From Balanoglossus misakiensis (Eukaryota > Animalia > Hemichordata), in assembly GCA_040954595.2 (NCBI GenBank), contig CM082587.2, positions 9,739,403-9,803,402 on the forward strand: DNA of 64,000 nucleotides. The letters run 5' to 3'. Below the pieces are notes generated by a model. The model was not told the DNA's origin. It saw nothing but the letters and a program-made list of their open reading frames with translations, and ran no database searches. Below, piece by piece: positions 49,601 through 61,600 of the stretch; the first letter of the stretch is position 1; the number at the start of each line of letters is the position of its first letter. The position numbers and the translations under genes are program-made.

Positions 49601-52600
49601 TTTTAAAAATTGCAGGAATTTTCGTTTTTCTTCCATTTTTGGCCATTTTGTCATAAATAAGTGTTGAGCTTGATATATTATCATGAAATATCATTTAATA
49701 GACATGATTAAAAGCATATTTAAATAATAACACATGTTAGCGAGGGCAATATCATCAATATTATGGTCAGAGATCACCAGCCCGAGGGCAGGCCAAAGAT
49801 CATGATATTGTCCGAGCATGACATGTGTTATTAATTTTATTATACCGAACATTTGACCATACATACAGCATAGAGGGTTGCGTCCATGTCGTACTTTGCA
49901 GGTTGCAGCGAACTAAAATATCTCACCGTACCTACTTCGAACTCAGATAATCTTGAGGAAACCGCGCTGTTGGTTGCGACTTCGGTGTATTTACTGTCCG
50001 TTTGCGGTAAAATATCATCCAGTTCAACAGCTGTTAATCCTGTGTGTCGCTTTGAAGCCATATATGCGGGAGTTGACTGATCGTGAAGGAAGCCATTGAA
50101 CGACAGTTTGTTGTGCGCAGAAAAGATGCGCAGAACCTAAAACCTGTTCTCAGCCTGCAATATTCTCTCAGCGCGCGCGTATCCCCGGCCTGTAGCCCCT
50201 ACCTACGGGCCATAGACTCTGTCAACCATGTAATATCAGGTTTTTTTCTATGTCACGTGGTATGGTCTCAGCCAATCAATAGGACGGAATACAGAGTGAG
50301 GTGTAATAAATGAGATTATTTAAAACTTTAATTTTTTATCCAGTTGCAGCTCATGTGCCTTTAAAGAGAATTTACCATAGCTTACAGCAGTGTGTGCATT
50401 TCCATTGAGACTGGTTTCTAACCTGGCTTTTGCCTTTATTTGATTCTGTGCGTTGTTTCAAGATGAACACAATAGTCACTTCTATTTTTCGATAATTTTT
50501 TACAAATATATTCTGTTATTGCTGGAGTTTTCCTTCTTTCTTCTTGAGTCGTTTTTTCGGCTGTACTTTTCTCAGAAACCCTTGCCCCTGCGCTTATGAA
50601 ACTTGGCACGGTGGTTGGGGCCCATGAGTACTGGTGCACCTGCACTTTGAATTTGTAATATTGTATAAGGTGATTTGGATGACCTCTGTCGTAGAGTGCC
50701 ATATCTCAGCACGTTGTACAGGTGCAGCTTTGGTATTTGGGGGGATGAAACTATCATGAAATGCCAAATACAGGGGGATACCTGTGACACCTGCTAGATT
50801 CATGTATTACGTGCATACCTAATGGTAGGCAAAGTGAAAGGGCTGCAAATGTAGGATTTGTTGCACATGACATAAACAGGAATGAAAATTTTTTGTCAAA
50901 TTTTTGGGTGACCTCAGGTGTCCATTGACCTGCTTTCCATATGTTAGCATGCACATCATATAGACCCGCCAATAAGTATTTAAGCACCCACGTTCCGCAG
51001 TCGGAAACATGAAATAACACACCTTGTAGACAGTTTTTAGCGAAAATTCAAAAATATTTAATAAATTCACGAGAAATAACAGTAGTAGAGCAAAAATCTT
51101 TCATGTGCGATTAAATTTGAGCGAGAAATAATGACGTAAATATAGATGCGACGGAGTCGGCGAAACGTTCCATTCTCTATGGGAACAACAATGAAAAGAA
51201 TGTCATGAATATTCATGAGGCGGAATCGATCGAACCAACTGTCAATAATGGGTATGTCCACCCCTTCTCCTGATGACCTCTCGCAGGCGCTTCGGCATAG
51301 TATCGACGAGTTTGTGACACATATTTTGCTGGAATTGTTCTCAAGATGTTACTATGCGGTTAAAAAGGTCGTCGATGCTGTGAATTGGACGGGAATGAAC
51401 GTCCAAGTCGATTAACTCCCACAGGTTCGCGATGGGGCTCAAATCTGGAGACTGGGCTGGCCACTCCAACGTTGTAAAATTGTCGAACGGATAGCCGTAA
51501 TCCTGGGGATTTTGTAGAAATGATTTCACATCCAAGGCAGTATGTACGGGGGGCATTATCCTGCTGGAACACAAAATCGGGCCCGACGAGTCTCAAAGCC
51601 GATGGTAGCATTTCGTTTTGTAAAACGTCTAAATACTCCCAGTGAATCATGGTGTTCTCGAACGAGCGAACCACCACCTGCAGCCAAGAAACACCCCCAA
51701 ACCATAACACTGCCACCACCAAACTTTACTGTGGGACTGTCATTCAATTTCGTACTCCTTGCCGTCGCCTTCTAACGAAAACTCTCCCTCGGCTCCTAAA
51801 CACGGTGAACTACCAAACAACCTGGGACCACTGAACAGGTGTCCAGTTGACGTAACGCCGGGCGAAACGTAGTCGCGCTGTGATATGCCGGGGATGTAAT
51901 TTCGGCTTTTTCTTGGCCACACATCCACGGAGTCTGGCTCCTCTATACAATCGAGATTTGATTGTGCTCATACTCCGGTATCCTCATGAAATTTAGCACG
52001 GAGGTCACGGGCCGTCTTGAATCTGTCCGTCAGACTTGATCTAATCAATATTCAGCTTCACGTTCAGTTGTTCGCCTTGGCCGTCCAGATCGAGTTAAAT
52101 TGTCCGTGCTACCATTTCGAACAAGTTTCCGAATGTTGTACCTGACGCTGCCTTCTGTGATTCCAAACTTCCTTGCAATTTCTCGTTTTCTCAAACCTTG
52201 CCTATGCAGTGACTCAATTTGACCTTTCACAAATTCAGGAAGTTCGCGAACTTTAAGCATGATATCACTTATTCTATGTTTACAAACAAAAATTATGCAG
52301 CAACCTCCAACGACCTCGATCAGAATATTCATAAGCAAGTCTGGCAGATTTTCCCGCCCCCAAATTTAATCGGAATTATATTTGAAAGCTCTGATTGGTG
52401 GAGATTTAAATATGAATAGAGGGAAATTAGCCACGGACACAATGGCGCGAAAAGTTAATGAAAATGAGATGTTAAAGAGTATACCGCCATTGCAATAATC
52501 ATAGGAAATTTCACTGGCCGAAAAACTCGCCACATATGCAGTCATATTCGGCGCGGCAACACATCTGTGTTGACTAAAATGGGTTAAACCTTCCGTAGGT

Positions 52601-55600
52601 TATTTATTTTCGGAAATAAGTTACAGTCGATCGATTTTGTGAATAATTTTTCATGTCAAACGTACATTTTCAAGGTGCGTAAATACTCATTGGCGGGTCT
52701 ATATATAGGCAGGTGTTTGGAGGGGTAGGGTAGGACCGTCATGAAATGCTAAATTCCTGGGGCCACCTGTAACTTACTTGCGTATTATTATGGCCATACC
52801 TAATTTGACAAACCCAAAGGGCGAGGATTTTCCAGTGTCTTGAAAATGAACCAAATAGGAATCCAAATTTTTGGTCCAATTTTGGGTACCCCCAGCTGAC
52901 CTTTGAAGTACTTACTGAAGTACTTACATAATGTAGAAGTTCACTTTTGGTTGTTGTGTTTGTACTTGTAGGACACCCATTTCGGGTGGTTGCCTACTTC
53001 CCCATATCTCCACATCCAGAGCAAATACAGCCTACGCATTTGAATGGTATAACCCTGAATGGAGTCTAATGGTTATTATCTCTATGCTTGGGCCCCTTCA
53101 ATGCTGCTTGCAGCTTTAATTCTTACATTGTGTTTGTTTGTTCGTTTGGTTGGTTGTTTGTGTGTGTGTGTGTGCGTGTGTATATATACATATATTAACA
53201 TAATTACATAAATTCTTTTTGTGAAGGTCACAAATTGCTATACATTCTCTTTGCAGGAGAGTTTTCATTGGAGAGAAATTACAAGTGCCTGTTATCTTGG
53301 TACCATTCAGATGTTTCCAGTGGTGCAACACCATATCATAGCTACAGCAAGTGAAGACACAACGATAAACATCATCACCATCACAGGTATCTTTTGAAAT
53401 ATGGTCTTGCAAGCAATATATCCTGCTTGTGATACCTTTTTGTATTTACTTGAATATGACTTCTTCTTGGTTGTTTCTGTAATAGAAACTTGTGAATCAA
53501 GTTTTATTTGTTTCTGAGACCATGCAGTGTGTGTCTTCCATCAATACATATAGGCCAGGTTTTCTCACGTAATGTTCTAGTGGCAAACAAGTACTCAGTG
53601 TTGACTTTACACAAATTTGTTGTGTTGATTAGCTGCATATAGATGCTGAGCATTTCATCATGTTTGAGGAATTTGAACCAGTGTCTGCAGTAGATATTAA
53701 ACTACTGAAAACAGTGAAAAGTTGCAGCTAATGGAGCTTTAATATATTTGGCAGTTGGGAATGTGGCACAAAAGATGACTTAGTTGTTTAATAACACTCT
53801 GATGTGAACACCGATGTGCACAAGATACAAATCACACAATGAGGTCAAGTGACACAAATCACATGCTTTATTTGTAAATAATGAAAGTTTTCAGGTGGTA
53901 TAGGACAACAGGGTATTTGTAAACTTTTCCAATTTATATGCAAAATTCCAAACATCATATCTGAAGACTATGAAAGCCAAAACAACCAAATTAATACATA
54001 TACCTAAATTACTCACTGAGAAGGCATTCCTGCATACTGCATGTTATGAAAGTTAAAAAAAAGATAATTTGTGATTGTCTAGTCTTACTATGTATTCCAA
54101 GTTGTTTCATTGACTATATAGCTTGTAAATCCTTAACACAGTTGAATCAGAGAATAATAATAATATGATTCATCAGAACGTTTTGAAATGTTTGCATTCG
54201 CACATCTCCTGTGTGAAGACACTGCAAGCCGTCAATCTTCCCCCGGATGTTGAAACTTCGCCAGTCAGCAAACTTTTATTTTCCGCTGGAGGGAGAGCAG
54301 CATTGAACTGTTGGAAAATTATGGTGAAGTCAAGAGATGGGGAAGCACAAACAATGGAATGTTCAAATCCATTAGATTGTTCTATAGAACTGCTTAGTTC
54401 CTATGGTGCGACTGGTAATGGCCGAGCAGTTCGTGAATGGGAAGAGGATGATGCTGATAATGATACAAGACATATGTCGATGACAGTTTGGAATGGAACT
54501 CCAACTAAAGTGTATTACCTAGCTGTTACAAGTTCAGACGCATGCCTGAGGTTTGTGATTTTTATTGTTATGATCCATTTTCAGGACACCAGAAATTTAC
54601 TGCATATCTTTGTAATGTTAATATCAATCAAAGTAATTACCATCCTGGGTTAATTATATGCCATAATTGGTCTTCCTCATTACTAGCCAGTCAGCAGCAG
54701 GGACTGTGTACTCATTGACAAAAAAAAGTGATTTCACAGTGTCTTTTTTCTGGCAATGTCAATGATTTATACGGATGCAAATTTTACGTATTGCTTCATT
54801 TAAAACTCCTCTGGCACACATGAATTCTATGATTGTATCTGTTCAGAAATATAATGAGTCTGGTGGCACTGCTGGTGGACAGAATTGTCTTCATTGTGTG
54901 TGTGTGTGTGTGTGTGTGTCTTTGTGATTGTGTGGGTTCACAGATTGTGAACGTAACCTTGCAATTTATATTGAGATCAGTGATATGTATTCCATGATTG
55001 TAAATTGTTGATTTCTTATTTATACCGCCCGATTGATGAAAATTTTCCTTTAGCACAAACATTAAGGCAAATCACAGAAAGAAATATTTTGTACACACAC
55101 ACATACACATACATACATACATACATACATGTACATACATACATACATACATACATACATACATACATACATACATACATACATACATACATACATACAT
55201 ACATACATACATACATCTGATTTCAATCAGATTAACATACATACATCTTTTGTACATTTACATTTTCTTTCATCTCATCTGTTCTTTTTTTAGGTTATTT
55301 TCATTTGACCTTGAATACCTAAAGTTCTGTCTCCTTGGGGAGAGTTCATGGTATGACCATTGTCAGTTGGTTGCTACTCATTGTGACCTCAGTGGTAAGA
55401 CATCTGCCTCAAGAGGAGACACCACCCGACCAATCCTGCTGATTACTGGAGGCACTGATGGCAGATTAGCATGCTGGAATACTCTGCCTATCACCAAGGA
55501 ACATAGTAAACATCTCTCCCACAAAGTATTATGTGAACAGTGTATTACTGAGGATGATAATGATTTGGAGGATACCAACCAGGACAATGTTGCTGGAGAA

Positions 55601-58600
55601 ATGACCGAAAACACATCAAGAAATAGCCACATCCAGGATGGTGATGAAAGTGATGCTGACCAAGTATGTATCAAGTGTCAAGACAGATTAGAAAATGATT
55701 GTCACTTAGCCGTCGCTTGGAAGAAAATGTCTTTGCCCATGCCAGTTTATGATTGGAAGACGCATCAGTCGGGTGTCAATTCAATTGCAGTACAGTTCTT
55801 AATGGGTAAGTTTCAATAAAGTGTAAATGTACATATGATCGAGATACAGAAAACAAGAAGGTTTCAGCGTTAGCTGCTCTATAGTCTGGTCCCCTGCCCC
55901 ATCCCCACCGCTGACTGCACTACGCTAAAAGGAAAGGGTCAGGCACAGGCTTTAGTAAACATGGCTCTCATTGGTGTACGGACATTGGAGGCATCCATCT
56001 TGTTTATGATCACGTGGTCTTTGTTTCATTATAATATGCTGGCCAGGTTTTTGGCCAAGATGGCGGCCCATGCCTGACCCCTTTAGCGCAGCCAGCGGTG
56101 GGAATGGGGCAGGGGACCAGACTAGCTGCTCTAATGTCTATTCAGGATTACTATGAAGACCTGCAAATCTAGACCCGGGAAATCAATTGTCAATTCCACT
56201 GTAAAGCATTATGCAATATCCCTGTGTCACTTTAAATTAGTGCTGTAAATTTCAAATATCAAAACTTTCTAATCCATTTTGGAAGATAATGTGAAAATTT
56301 ACATAAATTGTTCTCCTCCCCCCCCCCCCCCCCACCTAAAATATATTGCAAATGTTGTCATACTTTCAAGAAAACTGAGGAAGAATGTGCCTTGATCATT
56401 TTTAAACAAAATTCTGCATACAGTGTCAAAAGTTTAATTTTATTTCTGGTGTTTTGCACTATCAGGTCATTTTTGTAAGCATGAAGTATTTATTGAATTT
56501 GGGACAGAAATTTTCACGCATTTGCAATAAATCATGATTGCTATAGCAACCAAACTCTTTTGTAGTCCATCCCGGTCTTTTGAAGATGTCCGAAACTGAA
56601 CCATCTTTAATATCCTGTCTCAACAATTTGTGTGGTGACTGCCATTTTTCCCCTGAAAGTGATTTGATGTATTTTAAGGCAATTTCTGCGCTTAAATTAA
56701 CAGTGGAAATGATGTGTGATTATCATACCAAATATTAAAGAGACAATCTGAAAATTGTTGAAAATAAAAAAAAATATTAAGCGTAGATTTTATAATGGTG
56801 ACAAAAATACGATGAACCCCCCTCCCACACCCCCCCCCCCCCCAATAGAAATGAAATAAATTCTTATTTATGCAAGTTCCTAGGGGTCAATCTAAGCATA
56901 TGATTAAATTGTGGTGAAATTTGCATATGTGTAGTTTTGGGGCAATTTCTGCGGATTTTTTGTAAAAAATAATCTTATCTGAAACTGCTTGTCCTCGAAA
57001 TTTGATATGCAGGTCCATAGGGTAATCAAATCATGACAGAATCTTTACCTTTCTGACCCACACTTTAACCTGTTATATCTCGTCTCAAACAATGTCTAAT
57101 TGACAATTAAAGGGGCAAAGTCTCTCTCTCACAGCCCTTTTTCCAATAATCATGTTTGATACAAGACACCGTTTATGTTATTCTACATGTGAATATATAG
57201 TGAATCAACGTTCGACCACACATAACTTCCATCCCAATTGTACACATGAGAGTGAAAAACTCGCCAAAATAATAATCAGTGTTTTCCATTTATTCATTTT
57301 GGTGAGATTTTTACTCTCATATCCTACAAACGGGATGGAAGTTGTGTGTGGTCGAACGTTGATTCACAATATATCTACATGTACATTAACATATTAAAAC
57401 GGTGTATTGTATCAAACATAATTATTGGAAAAAGGATTGTGAGAGAGAGACTTTGTCCCTTTAACAGAACAGATGTGTGTGGAAATTAAACTTAAGAGGA
57501 CCACCTTTGTGGTGACTGAGGTTGATGGTGAAATAAGTAATATGAAATGCATGAATTTTCACATACATACCATTTTTGTACATATTATGTTGTTCTCCAA
57601 AATAGAAAATACCTTCATGATTGCCAGTGGTGGTGATGATAATGCTATTCACGTCACACTTTTGGAAATCCCGTCATGTGATCTGACAAGCCACATCAAA
57701 ATGAAGCATCAATACGTAATACATACTGCACATGCTGCTCAAATTACTGGTGAGTCTTTTTATGAAAACTTTATATTATGTTACTGGTGAAGTGTTCATT
57801 GAAATGTTGCTTTGAAAGTTACTCTTTACAACGAACTGGTTCCCCCCTACTGAGACTCACTGTACTTTATCTAACTTTAATAGGCCAACTTTTACCGAGA
57901 CCACAACATAGTACAATATTTTACCCACAATTCTCCATGATTTGTATCATCGAAGGTTGCCCATTTAATAACTTTTTTCTGTTTTACTTTTACATACTAA
58001 AAATGATATGAAGTAGATATAAATTTATTTATTTTTATCTAGGAAAAGTACGTTGAGGAATTAGAGTGAAAATCTCATAATCAAAATTTAAAAGCCATAG
58101 GAATCAAAGTATTCATGAACTGCAAATGTCACACTTTGGAGGAAACAAGCAAATGACTAACTGAGGTGGCCAGTCTCTGTTGAAAGTTAACATGTAAATT
58201 TCCATTGGTCTGTCAATGGATAAAAATCAAATCTTTTTGTTTGATTAAACAGGTATTTCAAGTGTCCCTGTTTTACTTCAAACTTTGTTGTATGGCTGGC
58301 TATGCAATTGCTTAATTATTTTTATAAAATTCATATCTCCTCTCTCAATAATGCATCATTTTAAAAATCATTTGAAATGGTTATTGACAATAAGATTCGC
58401 CTTAAAAGTATGCTCTCAAAATTTGCATTAGTGGCCTACTATTCTCTCTACACATGTGAACTATGCCTGGTTTGACCGAGGAATTTCTGTTGGTACAAAT
58501 CAGATTGAATCATGGGATATTTCTAGTACAGTGCACAAGCTATTTTATTATTGACTAGTGTTAGGTCAGTGAGTGTCTCTGTCTGTCTGTCTGTCCCAGG

Positions 58601-61600
58601 GCTGATTGAAAGAAGTTGCTTGTCATGAGTTTTTATAGAGAGTTTTTGGTCATAAATCACTTTTTCTAGCACTGCTTGTAAGATTGCTATGACACATGAG
58701 ATGTGACACTTTATTTGGTGCTATGTTCCTGGTTAATTGTTTTACATTGGGATTTCCATATTATTTATTTATGGTTGGGTCATATCTGCTTGCCAATGTC
58801 GCCTGTGATTTTAATTCCGGTGTATACCTACTTCCATGTAATCCCCAAATGGGACCACAGTGTCCTTGACACTGTAATTTCTCTTGTGGAGGGCAGAAGG
58901 CTAGCTTAGCAGCAAGTGATTTCAAATTTGCACAGATGCAGGTCAATTAAAGCGAACCGACACCTTCCTTGCAGAGAGGTTCTAATAAAATCTTTGTGAA
59001 AAACATGAGTGATTTGCGTCGATTTTATTCACTTTCACTTATCGCGCAGCAGTGTAGCGTCGATCTCGATATGCAGTGTGACGTCACCAACTACGCCCGA
59101 AAAGCTGTCTGCTAGTAGGTCAAAGGTCACGCAACGTCTCTATAGCTGAGCAACCGAGTCGATCACCAAGCCCGCGGATCGCGAAATGGAGTCAAACGAA
59201 GATATCGTCGGATTTTTGTACGAACCCGAATACAGCAGCGATGAGATGTTAGGTGAATCAAGTGAAACTGATTCCAATAGTACAGAGGCAAGTGTAGACA
59301 GCGAAGACGATCGAGAAGAGGTGCCCATATTGTCTACTGGTGATAGGCTTCGTCTTTCATCACGCTCATGGTGTAGCTGCGGTAAATGCGAAGTTATGTC
59401 TACTGTCAAGGAATGCCGATGTTGCCATGAAATAGATGTCTTGACAGGGCCGTTAGAGCGACTGAAGTGCATAACAGACTCCGAAGACATTTCCACAGTA
59501 TGCCTGAATCCGATTGTCCTGAACACTGCATATGTTCAGTTTCACCTCTACAAGCGGCGAAAGGGATTCGCACCCGATGAACTCAACAACAGGTAACGCC
59601 AACTGCATGTAGGCCTAATAACTATTTTACCGCAGAATGCAAAACAATGTTATTTCATCCAATTTTGATTGATATTTTCGTGTACGTTCGTACCTACGAC
59701 AGGTCAAGTTTCATATAAAAGGGATGGTCGATGAAAATTTTGGTTTATACGTGAGGCTGCGTCGGACGACGAAACTGAATACAATCTGGTAGAGACCTAC
59801 TGGTTCTATGTTGAATACAGCAAAAAATCGCGACCGGGTCGAGAGCATTATTTTTTACTCTAACCTCTTTCTTACGTCTTTTCTATCACAACAGGCAGTC
59901 ACGTTTGATGGCGTACCGTCAGTTTCTTTTGTGGTCCTATCGAGGAGAAAGACTTGGGAAACACAACAGACGAGTTCTACCATCATGTGTGGTGAAGATG
60001 ATTAGGGAACGCTTTCCAGATGCAAATGGCAGATACACCGGTTACAAAGAAATACAAGAAGCTGTCTCTTTTGAATAGATGTGAACGTTTTATTTACAAT
60101 ATTTACAATTTACATGTGTGAAAGAATCGCTGTATTTTACTTTGAACTCAACAGCTCGTCTGTGGTTTTGTACATTTATGTGTAATCTCTGTTGAATAAA
60201 TTAACACTTTCCCTTACACATTGATGACCAAGCTGCTTTACTCGCCAATTCCCCGGCATTTTCACCCACCGAATCGACAAACATGTTTTTCTACAAGTGA
60301 TTTCTTTGAGGGCTTTGGTAGCTTGGCTATGTTTTTCGGAAGCCTTGCTACAACCTGATCGGCCTCAACTGTTGATATGATGGGTTTCATTTTTTTCTGT
60401 ACAACTCTTTCCATCATCTCATACAGATAGGTATAACTTTTACCTTCAAACACTGGTCGAGCGACCCATTTTCCACTGCCCTTATGATAAACACTCTTGT
60501 ACCGCAACTCCCCCAAACTACCGGTATTACGACAGGGTTTTTTGATTACAGCCTGCTTCCTCGCTACATTCTTGTTGTTATCAAGAGCAGCTAGTTGAAG
60601 TCTAGCAACCATCTGCTTGTAATCAAACTCCTGACGTTTGGGTGCATATTTCCTCAGCATGGAGTGATACACTTCAAGGGCCCCCGTGTGACAAAATTCG
60701 CTAATTTGCTGGATGTCTTTCAGGAGACGCTTATCCATGATGATTTCTTTTAATGCCATGTAAGCAGCTGATGTTGGTTTTAGCCATTTCTTTTTAGTGC
60801 GTCGTGGTAATCTGGCATGCGCACATTTGTTGTAATGCTTACAACCCGACCAAGAATGCTTGTTTGTAATATGTCTCAAAATCGATTGCCACATCTCCAC
60901 AAGCAGTTCTTTGTTACCATTACATTGACTGGCACAAAACCATAAATGATGGCCAATGGCCTTCACCCAGTCCAGCAACTGACTACATTTCTTTGTTTTA
61001 GCCCTTTCCATGATCTTTTTCTTGACCGATTTTTCAAGATGCCAAACATCGAACTGATGGGAAATATGCGCATATTTCTTTTTCATGACACTTCTAGTTC
61101 CCACATGTCTGTCAGTAGCGACTGTGCTGGGTTCAATACCATTGGCAACCATATTTTCCATGACTCGCTGGAAACCCTCTTTCTCCATGGCAACAGATGA
61201 AGACACCTCACTCACTTGTACAAGTGTAAAATCTACAACTTTCTTCGACACGGAATCCATCATCGTATAAGAACTATACTTCGCATTGTAACCGGGAGAG
61301 TCACATCTACCGTCACCTATTGTTTTGATGTGCTTTCCACGTAACGACTCAAACACCTCTCCCTGTTCTGTTTTCCAGGTACTTTCTATTTCAGGTATAA
61401 CATACTCATTTTGAATTTGTTGATAAGTTGTTTTTCCAACAAACTTCAAATTTAGAAGATCAGTGAAATTAGATATACGCTGGAAAGTTTGCCCACTGAA
61501 AAGGATAGCACTCGATGCAAGCAAATTTCCCACCGGCATTTTACCTATAACAGGCTGTGACCTCCAGTGATAAATCAGGTGGCCATTCAAACAATACAAA

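Noticed and set aside
55005-55257. Low-complexity ORFs (HTYI/MYVC repeats; also the poly-Leu ORF at 40819 and the YIYI ORFs at 3160-3454)
   Set aside because: These are translations of microsatellites.
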